A stretch of DNA of 63,586 nucleotides, filler included, from Octopus bimaculoides (Eukaryota), in the NCBI RefSeq assembly GCF_001194135.2. It is 7 parts of 6 records of this genome, joined end to end, with 100 filler letters (N's around TTAATTAATTAA, not from the genome) between each part and the next. Parts side by side here need not be neighbours in the genome. Positions count along the whole stretch, not along the records: positions 1 to 19,588 come from NC_068987.1; positions 19,689 to 34,486 come from NC_068981.1; 5 more parts are not named here. One strand, 5' to 3'. Below, piece after piece: positions 14,789-26,129 of the stretch. Positions within the stretch are counted from its first letter, which is position 1. The number at the start of each line of letters is the position of its first letter. The position numbers and the translations under genes were made by a program. The notes under the pieces are model-generated. The model saw only the letters and a program-made list of their open reading frames with translations, had not been told where the DNA came from and did not search any database.

Positions 14789-15013
14789 TATTTCTTTATT
14801 GCCCACAAGGGGCTAAACATAGATGAGACAAACAAGAACAGACAAAGAGATTAAGTCGATTACATGGACCCCAGTGCGTAACTGGTACTTAAGTTATCGA
14901 CCCCGAAAGAATGAAAGGCAAAATCGACCTCGGCGGAATTTGAAATCAGAACGTAACGGCAGACGAAATACGGCTAAGCATTTCGCCCGGCGTGCTAACG
15001 GTTCTGCCAGCTC
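14789..15013 (-). mobile_element. SINE family 1 with tail type B (Tx1-like 3' end)
   Basis: Family 1 head and body, but the tail reads ...TGTTTAGCCCCTTGTGGGCAATAAAGAAA; same tail at 21845. Confidence 0.8.
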
Positions 15014-15887
15014 TTTGTAATAATAGTATTATTTAAAGTCGACAATTCGTCTGATACTTTACGTTGTGAGTTCAAATATCACCGAGCTTACTTTGCCTTT
15101 AATTCTTTCGTTGTCGAAATTAAAATAAAACACTAGTTGAGCACTGGGTTCGATGCATTTGACCGACCTCTCCCCCAAAATTTTCATTTTCTTTACGTAC
15201 GCGTGTGTGTATGNNNNNNNNNNNNNNNNNNNNNNNNNNNNNNNNNNNNNNNNNNNNNNNNNNNNNNNNNNNNNNNNNNNNNNNNNNNNNNNNNNNNNNN
15301 NNNNNNNNNNNNNNNNNNNNNNNNNNNNNNNNNNNNNNNNNNNNNNNNNNNNNNNNNNNNNNNNNNNNTATGTGTGTGTGTGTGTGTGCGTGTGTGTGTG
15401 TGTGTGCGCGTGTGTGTGTGTGTGCGTGTGTGCGTGTGTGTATACACAAATATATTTCACAGCAAAGAATTTCATGAGAGTATTTTTGCCTTTGTACTAT
15501 TTATTTTTAAATGTACAATTTATTAATTTAACAGCAAAAACAACAAACTATTTTAAAGGGGGAATGCCGTGTCCAAGACCTTTGCAAAGCCCCTGAGACT
15601 GGTAGAAAGAAGGCAACGTCGAAGGTATCCTGAAAGCGGAGGCTTGGCCAGAATGCGTGTAACAAAGCAGACACTGCCAAACCCACTCGAGTGCCATTTG
15701 CTGATGCTAAATGGAGAACCAGGTTAGGTCTGTTATCGAAGTAGGTCATGACGGGATTTGAAATCAGAACGCAATGAAGCAGAACCAATGCTATAAATCT
15801 CCTAGTTTGACATCGTAACTATAGCCATCGACGGCCCTGGGTGAAGGGCAAAGACGAAATTAATGTAGTTCGAAATAGGATTCCTTT

Positions 15888-16085
15888 ATTCTTTTACTTG
15901 TTTCAGCCATTTGACTGCGGCCATGCTGGATCTCCGCCTTCAAGGGCTATTTTTAGTCGAACAAATCAAACCTGGTACTATTTCTATCGGTCTCTTAGGC
16001 GAAACTGCTAAGTTACCAGGACATAAATACATCAACACAGGTTGTCAAGTGGTGATGAAGGCACAGACACAATGCAGAAACATAC
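15888..16085 (-). mobile_element. SINE family 2, 3' half
   Basis: CTTTTACTTGTTTCAGCCATTTGACTGCGGCCATGCTGG is the reverse complement of the family 2 tail. Confidence 0.7.
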
Positions 16086-16220
16086 AGGCATGTGGCAGCT
16101 CGGAACTATGTCGTTACGAAACAAACTTCTTACTACACAGCCACACCTACGCCTAATGCAGACGGTCGTAACAAGTACTTTGTGCCATTCTGTTCGATGA
16201 ACATAAAAATACTCTTATTC

Positions 16221-16372
16221 GCTACCAATCAAATCATTTTCCACTATTGACAGCGAGAGCGAGAGTAAAACTTCAGTGAAGCACAGCTACGCTACACCAT
16301 CCATCTTTGGCTGAAGTATGTCTGAATTGTTTGGACTTTATAGCAAGAAAATAGCGACAGTAGCCATTTTGG
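16221..16372 (+). promoter_or_regulatory. Candidate Pol II promoter and first exon
   Basis: CCAAT (16225), Inr-like TCAGT (16273), donor-like GAA|GTATGT (16316) and YY1-like GCCATTTT (16363) in non-repetitive sequence; motifs only. Confidence 0.25.
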
Positions 16373-17330
16373 AAACAGTATCTTATGTATTTTTAATTTT
16401 AAAGTACACGAGGTTGTTTTTCCGAATGGCTATTCTCAATATTTTTGTACTGTAAAGTTGTAACACTCCAGACATTCTGCAGCCATCTGCTTTAGAGTGA
16501 AGCAACTTTTTCCCGTGGTGTTACAATGTCACAGAAAGATGGATGACAATTAATTATCTCTTTCTGAAGTTGCTCTACTTTTCTGGGTATATAGATATTA
16601 TATAGGCAGACAAAAAGCTGAGACGAAGAACAAAACCTCGATGTATAAAGCAACTGTGGAGAAAATTCTTGTACATTGGTCTGAATCTTAAACTATCTGT
16701 ATGTTACTTCATTCATCGTAAGCTGGAAATATATTACAATATATATGTCTGAAATATCATGATCTATTCACACAACAGATGATATCAATGTACTGAAACA
16801 AGCTAATATATTCTGGATTGAAGTTATCTATAAGCGACAGCAGCTTCCATGAACAAGCATACTGGGTATTTCCAGTAATTATATACATGTATTCTTTTCC
16901 CAACATTAGTTGTCATACAACAATTAGTATATATAGAATTGGTATACAGAAAGCAAAGGTGTTAAGTATAATAGTATCAGAGTCTTCTACCTTAAAAGAC
17001 CAGTTAACAGATAGAGAGAAAGAAAAATGAAAGCCATTCTGTCATACATATGTAGACACGTACATACACACATGCATACATACATACATACATACATACA
17101 TACGGACGGATGAACGGACGGACGGACGGACGGATGAACCGACGGAGGGACGTATAATTGTAACATAGCATTGCTAATACTACATTTGGCTGAACCGGAT
17201 GGTATCCGAGTAGAAGTCACTCACTAATTTTCCTGTGTAGGCGTAAGACAGAAATTAGGTGGGAGAAACTAGTCGATTTCATCGCTTGACTGGTAGTTAT
17301 TTTACCGTATCGGAAAGGACGGATCGCAAA

Positions 17331-17400
17331 GATTCCAATACCTTGTGAGTAAAATCCAATTTTAGATACTATCGGATTTTACTCACAAGTTATTGGAATC
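17331..17400. other. 27-bp inverted repeat (1 mismatch) with 16-nt loop
   Basis: GATTCCAATACCTTGTGAGTAAAATCC ... GGATTTTACTCACAAGTTATTGGAATC. Confidence 0.9.
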
Positions 17401-17541
17401 TTATATGTATACCATTCTGCCTAAATAATGGATCTACAATGCAATATCCGTGCATATCTCACATCTATTTTCATTCCTCCACTTTACTCTCTATTTCGTA
17501 TCGTATCTAAATTAACTATTGCTTAACCATTTTCTCACACC

Positions 17542-17581
17542 GTCTCCGATATATTAATTATCCTGGAAACAGCTGTAAGAC
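17542..17581 (+). ncRNA. Internally deleted hammerhead remnant, same family as 8219-8266
   Basis: GTCT-CCGAT-[deletion]-ATATTAATTATCCTG-GAAACAGCTGTA-AGAC. Confidence 0.45.
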
Positions 17582-17717
17582 TTAATTATAAATGTTCTAA
17601 AATCTTTACAGTCTTGGTTTTTTTATCTCATTCTGAAATAGAATTTTTTTATATATATACAAATGTATGTATTTATATATATGTATTTCTATATACATAT
17701 AAATACATACATACATT

Positions 17718-17781
<64 letters not shown>

Positions 17782-18865
17782 CACACACACATTCATACAC
17801 GAACAGACAGATAGATAGATAAATAGATAGATAGATAGATAGATAGAAAGATGTGTTCTCCAGTCTCAAGTTAAGCTATTCATAGTTAAAATCTCGCTTA
17901 TAACGTCATATGAAAACAAAAACAAACGGATCTTGGAACAACACAACTAACATATATGCGTATATGCATATAAGAACACGTTATATATCACCAGCACGAC
18001 TGCACCACTTAAACGCACGTATTCATACAAAAAGACGAAAACAAATTTCTACAAGAATATTTCAAGAACTGCTTGATCGATACTGGGGACTTTTATTTAA
18101 AGACGACTGTACTTATTTCGCGTCTTCATAGCATATTGTATGGAGTTTTTCTTTTCTCTTTNNNNNNNNNNNNNNNNNNNNNNNNNNNNNNNNNNNNNNN
18201 NNNNNNNNNNNNNNNNNNNNNNNNNNNNNNNNNNNNNNNNNNNNNNNNNNNNNNNNNNNNNNNNNNNNNNNNNNNNNNNNNNNNNNNNNNNNNNNNNNNN
18301 NNNNNNNNNNNNNNNNNNNNNNNNNNNNNNNNNNNNNNNNNNNNNNNNNNNNNNNNNNNNNNNNNNNNNNNNNNNNNNNNNNNNNNNNNNNNNNNNNNNN
18401 NNNNNNNNNNNNNNNNNNNNNNNNNNNNNNNNNNNNNNNNNNNNNNNNNNNNNNNNNNNNNNNNNNNNNNNNNNNNNNNNNNNNNNNNNNNNNNNNNNNN
18501 NNNNNNNNNNNNNNNNNNNNNNNNNNNNNNNNNNNNNNNNNNNNNNNNNNNNNNNNNNNNNNNNNNNNNNNNNNNNNNNNNNNNNNNNNNNNNNNNNNNN
18601 NNNNNNNNNNNNNNNNNNNNNNNNNNNNNNNNNNNNNNNNNNNNNNNNNNNNNNNNNNNNNNNNNNNNNNNNNNNNNNNNNNNNNNNNNNNNNNNNNNNN
18701 NNNNNNNNNNNNNNNNNNNNNNNNNNNNNNNNNNNNNNNNNNNNNNNNNNNNNNNNNNNNNNNNNNNNNNNNNNNNNNNNNNNNNNNNNNNNNNNNNNNN
18801 NNNNNNNNNNNNNNNNNNNNNNNNNNNNNNNNNNNNNNNNNNNNNNNNNNNNNNNNNTATATATG

Positions 18866-18900
<35 letters not shown>

Positions 18901-18916
18901 GCGCACTGCACATACA

Positions 18917-18965
<49 letters not shown>

Positions 18966-19517
18966 TCATAGGCGAAAATATCTTCTGTATTTTGCATATC
19001 TCATGTGAGACTTGTTAAATTCATCTTATATACATTTTTTCTTTTCTTTCTTTCTGTCTCTCTCAGCACGCGTGTGCGTGTGTGTGTTTGAGTATGCATA
19101 ATTGTGAAATGTTTTGAGTGTTACAGTTTGAAGACAGAAGGAGAGTGATTGGTCCAGGAACTGCAGAAAAAGAGAAATAAAGAGTGGAGATGTGAGGTGA
19201 GAGACGTAAATCAGGTCAATACAGAGAGAAAAGGAGAGAGAGACAGGGAGATAGGCACACAGACAAACAGACACAGAGAGACACAGATGGAGAATAGGAA
19301 TAGAAACACAGACGGAACAGACGTGGAATAAAGGGGGAGAGTTTGAGAAAGAAGGAAGAAGACGAAGACGAAGGAAAAAGAAAGAGAGAGAAAGAGAGAG
19401 AAAGAGAGTGAACCTTTGTTATTGAACTGAACTGCTGCAGACATCAATGGTTTAGCCTGAATTGAAAATATTTCGCAATGCTTGACAGAGTGGTACCGAC
19501 TTGAGACTGTCTGTTAG

Positions 19518-19564
<47 letters not shown>

Positions 19565-19688
19565 AATATATGCAGATGTGCATATATANNNNNNNNNNNN
19601 NNNNNNNNNNNNNNNNNNNNNNNNNNNNNNNNTTAATTAATTAANNNNNNNNNNNNNNNNNNNNNNNNNNNNNNNNNNNNNNNNNNNN

Positions 19689-19796
<108 letters not shown>

Positions 19797-20067
19797 TCTG
19801 ACCGTTACGTGAGAACAGACAGACCTACGTTACAGTGTTGTCTTCAGACAGTGATGATATCAATTACAGTTCTTCTTCCTGGTTCAGCCAGTTGACTGTG
19901 TGTTACTGCTGCTATGGTGGTGGCGGTGGTGGTGGTCGATTCGTCAGTTGAGGAAAAGAATTTGTCCGTTGATGCACAAACGAGCGCCCACACATACGCA
20001 CTCACAGAGACACACATGATGAAAAACATGGATGTATGTATATACATATATATATATATATTATTCT

Positions 20068-20235
20068 TTAACTTGTTTCAGTTATTTTGACTGCGGCCAG
20101 GCTGGAGCACCGCCTTTAGTCGAACAAATCGACCCCAGGACTTAATCTTTGTAATTCTAGTACTTATTCTATCGGTCTCGTTTTCCGAACTGCTAATTTA
20201 CGATGACGTAAACACACCAACATCGGAGGTCAAGT
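20068..20235 (-). mobile_element. SINE family 2, 3' half
   Basis: Reverse complement of 62700-62870. Confidence 0.75.
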
Positions 20236-20673
20236 GATGGTAGTGGTGGTGGTGGTGGTGGTGGTGGTGGTNNNNNNNNNNNNNNNNNNNNNNNNNNNNN
20301 NNNNNNNNNNNNNNNNNNNNNNNNNNNNNNNNNNNNNNNNNNNNNNNNNNNNNNNNNNNNNNNNNNNNNNNNNNNNNNNNNNNNNNNNNNNNNNNNNNNN
20401 NNNNNNNNNNNNNNNNNNNNNNNNNNNNNNNNNNNNNNNNNNNNNNNNNNNNNNNNNNNNNNNNNNNNNNNNNNNNNNNNNNNNNCACACACGCACACCT
20501 GTTCGCTTTCCACTCATTTACTTATTTACTTATCGAAGCGATGTGTTACGTAATAAGGCACCAAAAGAGACTGGCTCACCCCAGACGCAATAAAAAATAT
20601 TTTAAGGCACGAATTCACATAAAGAGAATTGCAAACCACATACAACAACGAACTAATATTTATGAATTAAAAA

Positions 20674-20885
20674 GGCGGCGACCTGGCAGTAACAACCCCG
20701 GGCGAAAGGTTTGGCGGTATTTCGTCTGTTTTTACATTCTGAGTTCAAATTCCGCTGAGGCCGATTTTGTCTTTCAACCTTTCAGGGTCGATAAATTACG
20801 TACCAGTTGCGTACTGGTGTCGATCTCATCGACTGACACCGACTCCGAAAATTTCGTGCCTTGTGCCTACAGTAGAAAAAATATT
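20674..20885 (+). mobile_element. SINE family 1 (tail type A)
   Basis: Homologous to 4671-4885. Confidence 0.75.
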
Positions 20886-21844
20886 TATGAATTAATTTGA
20901 AATAATGATGTCTAAGGGAGATAACTCTTTTAAAAAATCTATAGATTTAATTCCCTTGGATAATTTTTTTTTTCTTTCTTAAAATTGGGATTTAGGAAAT
21001 AAAATTTGGACGTCACCTTTGATGGTCTTGTATTTCTTACCACACAGTCACGCCTTTTCCTTATGCTCACTCCTGGGACAGAACTGCTGTACTACACACA
21101 AACATCTTAAATTGCATTTTTACAAAAGTCAACTCGACGTATTGACATAGTCTCACTCCCAAGCACACTCCAGAATCCAGTGACCACATAACTACTGTAT
21201 CCTCTGTCTCTCCGTCTCCGTCTCTGTCTCTCTCTCTCTCTCCCACTTTCTCTCCTTGTCATTTTTACTTTCCTTCCAAAAGCTATCACTCCTCAGACTT
21301 GAATAGTCTCCAGCCGCCTCATCTGACAAATAACCAACTCCCTCGTCCAACCTTTTCTCTTCACCCATGTCATCTCTAATGCGCTTCTATCGCCCTCCCT
21401 GGTGAAGCTGCTCCAAGAAAGGTGCCGCCTTCTACGATCCGAACAGGATTACAGGAGCACAAAGAAAGCTTGAGCTGTGCTAGTCCAGAGCCAACTTCTC
21501 GCCTTCTTTCCCAGCAGCCCACCGGTGACCGACCTGCAACAAAACCTTCCAAGTATGAATTGAATTGATTGAACACAGCTGGACACATCATGCCCACCTT
21601 CAGCCATGCGCTACTCTGAGTCTTCATCGACAATGATCAACGAACTAATAACAACTATAACCCCGCTTTCTTTCTCTACGATTCTTGTTTCCCAGGATGG
21701 AATGTTTTTGGTCTTATTCATATATTTTGTTCTGCTTTATTTGTTTCTTTTTTTCTGAGGTTATCGTTTTGCAACCGCCATGATATCGATCTCAACAGTT
21801 CCTGGGCGACTGTTAAGGAAATAGGGGGAGACAAAAAGATGTGT

Positions 21845-22078
21845 TATTTCTTTACTACCCACAAGTGGCTACACACAGACGGGACAAACAAGGACATACA
21901 AACGGATTAAGTCGATTATACCGACCCCAGTATGTAACTGGTACTTATTTAATCGACCCCGAAAGGATGAAAGGCAAAGTCGATCTCGGCGGAATTTGAA
22001 CTCAGAACGTAGCGGCAGACGAAATATCGCTAAGCATTTTTTTCTCGGCGGGCTAACGTTTCTGCCAGCTCGCCGCCT
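21845..22078 (-). mobile_element. Full-length SINE family 1 with tail type B and 14-bp TSD
   Basis: Perfect direct repeat ACAAAAAGATGTGT at 21831-21844 and 22079-22092 flanks the element. Confidence 0.9.
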
Positions 22079-22557
22079 ACAAAAAGATGTGTGTAGTGGT
22101 TTGCGATCTATCCTGGCGAATATATATATATATATATGCNNNNNNNNNNNNNNNNNNNNNNNNNNNNNNNNNNNNNNNNNNNNNNNNNNNNNNNNNNNNN
22201 NNNNNNNNNNNNNNNNNNNNNNNNNNNNNNNNNNNNNNNATATATATATATATATATATATATACGACGAACTTCTTTCCGTTTCCATCAATCAAGTTCA
22301 CTCACAAGGCTTTCGCGAGCTGTGTCTCGCAGTGGAATTGAGCCCGGAACCATGCAGTTAAGAAACAAACTTGTTACCTTACCGTCCTTATGTTACCGAT
22401 TACCAAATGAATCTACAGTCACAGGAATTCGAGTCTTTTATTGTAATATATGATTTTATGTTTTATAGTTTTTTTCTCTGTATTCCAAACGCTGTGTATC
22501 GAGGACTACATCGTTCAATGTTCCCTCGTCCTCTCAAGACTGTAGTGTCTGATGTAA

Positions 22558-22805
22558 AGGGGCGTGGCTTAGTGGTATTCGGCATCAGTTTGTTTCCTGG
22601 CGTCACGTCTTGTCCTTGAGCAAGACACTTTATTTCACATAGATCCGATCCACTCTGCTTCCAAAAATGTGTACGACCTGAATTTCAAAGAACCAGCATT
22701 GTCACATACGGTACGCGTGTCTGTGAGTCGACTCAGCTACTTGCCCGTCAATTTCCTGTTGTTCGGATCAACTCGAACGATCATCGTCGTAACCCACGGA
22801 GGACC
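22558..22805 (+). mobile_element. Diverged SINE family 3-related copy
   Basis: GGCGTGGCTTAGTGG head, TTGAGCAAGACACTTTATTTCAC central motif, CGTCGTAACCCACGGAG end. Confidence 0.6.
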
Positions 22806-23364
22806 AATTGGAGTGTGATTCGAGAATAATTTGGTTGCTATTTCTGACAACTCAATCAGTCTCGTGGAGTCTCATGGAGTCTCGTAGAGTCTTTGTTGTT
22901 CGATCATACATGTTACAGTTAATGGCTTGTAATATTTAGCCCTGGGACGGCCGAGATCTTCATTCATGGTTAAATCCGTTCCAGTCATGACAACCCACTT
23001 TTAAAGATTATGCAGAATTACGTTATGAAATGGAGTTCAACATAGCCTGAGTTCAACATATGTAGGTTGTAAGGAAGATTTGGCTGCTATTTCTGGCATG
23101 AAGAGAGAAACTTAGAAGGTAAACTCATTTGCGTCGATAACAATCTTTAACGTAAGTATCCCACTACAAAAAAAGTATGTTGCAAGTTATCTCCCCTAAA
23201 TTGCAAGGGAAATAACTCTGAAAGATATGAGTAAGAGTAACCTTTCGTGATAGCGTTTTGCACACACGCAACACGCCCTTACGCAAATCCATATCTTTGT
23301 AAGTACAGTAATCCCTCGACTATCGCTGGTATTACGTTCTATATGTATGTGTGCATGTATGTAT

Positions 23365-23395
<31 letters not shown>

Positions 23396-23696
23396 GATGT
23401 TGTATGTATGTATGTATGTATGTATGCATATATATAGGTATGTGTTTGTTTCTATGTATGGATGTACCTATGTATGTGTGTGTGTGTGTGTGTATGAATG
23501 AGTTTGTGTGTATGTATATATGTATGTATGCAAGCATGCATGTATGTATGTGTATGTATGTATGTATGTACGTATTTATGTCTGTGTGTATGTATGCATA
23601 TATGTATGTGTATGTATAAGTATGTGTGCGTGTCTGTATGTGTGCGTGCGTGTGTGCGTGTCTGTATGTGTGTGTGTGTTTTTGTGTGTGTGTGTG

Positions 23697-23940
23697 CGCG
23701 TGGCCTAGATGTCAGGTCGTTGCGTTGCACACACCGTTGTGGCTTCGACTCCTCGACTGAACGGTGCGCTGTGCTCTTGAGCAAGGCACTTTACTTCATG
23801 TCGCCGCCGGCCACTCGGCTGTAGATGTTGACTTGCTCGCCGAGACAGTGGCTTGGCATCTTTCCAATGCGAAAACCACGCAAAGCGAACTGTGAGTAGC
23901 GGTGTATAACCGCATCTGATAGTCTGGTCGATCACGTGAT
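23697..23940 (+). mobile_element. tRNA-derived SINE with conserved central domain
   Basis: tRNA-like head, TTGAGCAAGGCACTTTACTTC motif, 3' end GGTGTATAAC..GATAGTCTGGTCGATCAC shared with 48050-48262 and 57385-57680. Confidence 0.6.
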
Positions 23941-23959
23941 AAATATATGTGTGTGTGTA

Positions 23960-24889
23960 TGTGCACTACCGAGCGCAGCTCTGTTCCTTGGGTATGTGCT
24001 GTGGTTTGTGTGTGATGCTGTGTTTTACGTTATATATACTTGTTAGTATTGGTGTTTTTATGTATTGATCTAAATGTCTAAATACCGAAGGCACCAACTA
24101 TAATGAGAATTGTTTCTGTTTTTAGATTCCACATTCGAGTTACCTCTATTTCCAGGTCTTTGTATTTTGAAAGATTCTCCATTTCTTTTAGAGAAACGTT
24201 GTCATCTGTTGGTATTGATACATCGATTAAAAAGCGTTTTTTTTTCTTGATGATCTTTGACAACTATATCCGGCGTATTGGCCTTAATTTCTCTATCTGT
24301 GTGTATTGGCATATCCCATAGTATGGTTGCCTTCTCATTTTCTGTAACCTTTTCTGGCGTGTGTTTATACCATCTTTTTACTGTTGTTATTCCATAAAGT
24401 TGGCATAGCTTCCAGTGTATATATAAGTTCCAACTCTGTCGTGTCTGTGTATATATTCGTTTTTAACCAGGAGTGGGCAGCCAGAGATAATATGGTTTAT
24501 TGGTTCTTGTCCATTTCCACATATTCTGCAGTCACTTGTTATGTTTCGTTTCATAATATATTTTTGGTCATTTCTGGCGAGGAGGCTTTGGTCTTGTGCT
24601 GCAATTAAAAATCTTTCAGTCTCTGCTTTGAGTCCTGAGCTTCTCAGCCATTGCTGGGATTTTGCTTTGTCTATTTCTTTTGCTTTTAGTTTAACCCAGT
24701 ATTTGCCATGAAAGGGCTTTTCTTGCCATCGTTTCATCATGATCCGTTGCTGTTCCAGTTTTAGTTTGGATTTCAGTTGTCTGTGGTGTTCTGGTTTGCT
24801 ACATTTTGCTCATCATCATACATTTTTACGGTCTGTGTTTGTTGTCTTTGGTTGTTTAATTTGCTTTTGTTGGAAATATTACGTCTGTC

Positions 24890-24890
<1 letters not shown>
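23960..24890 (-). mobile_element. 5'-truncated R4/Dong-type LINE (CCHC + RLE + 3' end)
   Basis: GLKAETERFLIAAQDQ..CRICGNGQEPINHIISGCPLL..YIHRHD, ILWDMPIHTD..PDI..IDVSIP..KYKDLEIEV..IVGAFG. Confidence 0.9.
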
Positions 24891-24891
<1 letters not shown>

Positions 24892-24935
<44 letters not shown>

Positions 24936-24960
24936 GTTATTATTATCATTATTATTTATT
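24892..24960. repeat. (ATT)n array between two R4-type copies
   Basis: Read directly. Confidence 0.95.
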
Positions 24961-24961
24961 C

Positions 24962-25765
24962 TTCTTATGTAAGGTTTTGCTGTAACTCCTGGAGTCTTGC
25001 ATGAGTAGAGGGCAGCTTACTGTACCGTGCAGCTTACAGTACCGTGCTATTTACGGTACCATGCTATTTCTTCTTTTCAAACATCTAACACTTTCTTAAT
25101 TATTCTGACCTTGCCAAGGAGGCAAAACTTTTGTAACGCTTCTAGTGTGCAAACTTTTCCGATTTCCTTTGTATTCCACTTGATACCTTTTCATACTGTC
25201 CCGTGGGAGCAACAAAATTTGGTACCATGTTCGCCTTCTTAGTTTTTCATAGACGGGCTATTTCGTACTTAAGACGATTTTATATATCTATATTTTCGCC
25301 TTCTTTCTTGATTATTCGTGAGTCAACAGGGCAGGAAACATCAACTATATAGCATATATAGTACACCTTGATCCGGTCCGTTATACTCTAATACCTGATC
25401 TATTTGGATTGGGAATTCCCAGAGCATTTTTGCTAGCCTCCGACTCTGCCACTCTCTGCATTTTGTGCTGATACCACGTCTTGGCACTTTTTGAACCCCA
25501 CTTTGCCGTTTCCAATGTAGCACTCGTCAGAACTTTTAGTGGTTTTGAGCAAGTCCAGGGCATTCATTCGTGATATGGGCAATGGTCTCTTTCACTTTGT
25601 CATGGATGCTGCACACAGGAGACTATTTTTCATTCCAAAGGTTGACACTGCAATTCTTTGTCAAAGCTGGTAGTATAGTGCTCTCATTTCTTTATATTGC
25701 AGTGCTTATTTTCTTCAAGCAATCCTACCTACGTTTTCCAGGAACTTCAGTTGTGGATACAAGTT
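24962..25765 (-). mobile_element. Decayed R4-type LINE 3' fragment
   Basis: Frameshifted CCHC region and ...LQKFCLLGKVRIIKKVLDV* end; 3' UTR carries a 17-bp unit x3 (about 25012-25075); (AAT)n tail. Confidence 0.7.
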
Positions 25766-25905
25766 ATTATTATTATAATCAAGCACCAAACTGTCTGAAT
25801 CGTTAGCACGCCGGGCAACAACATGTTCATATCTCCTGCAGACTAACCATTATTATAATTATTACTATTATTAATATTAGTATTATTACTATTATGATAA
25901 CCTAA

Positions 25906-26120
25906 GGCAGCGAGTTCGCAGACTCGTTAGAACACTGGGCAAAATATTTCGCAGAATTTCGTCCGCACCTACAGTCCGAATACAAGTCCTGCCAGGGTGG
26001 ATTTTGCCTTTTGAGGCCGATAAAATAAGAACCAATGAAACACTGGAGTCGATCTAATCGAATGGTTCCCGCCTCAAACTTTTCAGGCGTTTTGCCTTTA
26101 ATAAAAATGATTATTATTAT
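25906..26120 (+). mobile_element. SINE family 1 (tail type A), diverged
   Basis: Homologous to 4671-4885; ends GATTATTATTAT. Confidence 0.7.
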
Positions 26121-26129
26121 TTTTAAAAA

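Noticed and set aside
19633-19644. TTAATTAATTAA recurring between N runs (also 34531, 45306, 46625, 58877, 61014)
   Set aside because: Always N44-12mer-N44 = 100 bp with stops in all six frames; an assembly spacer, not biology
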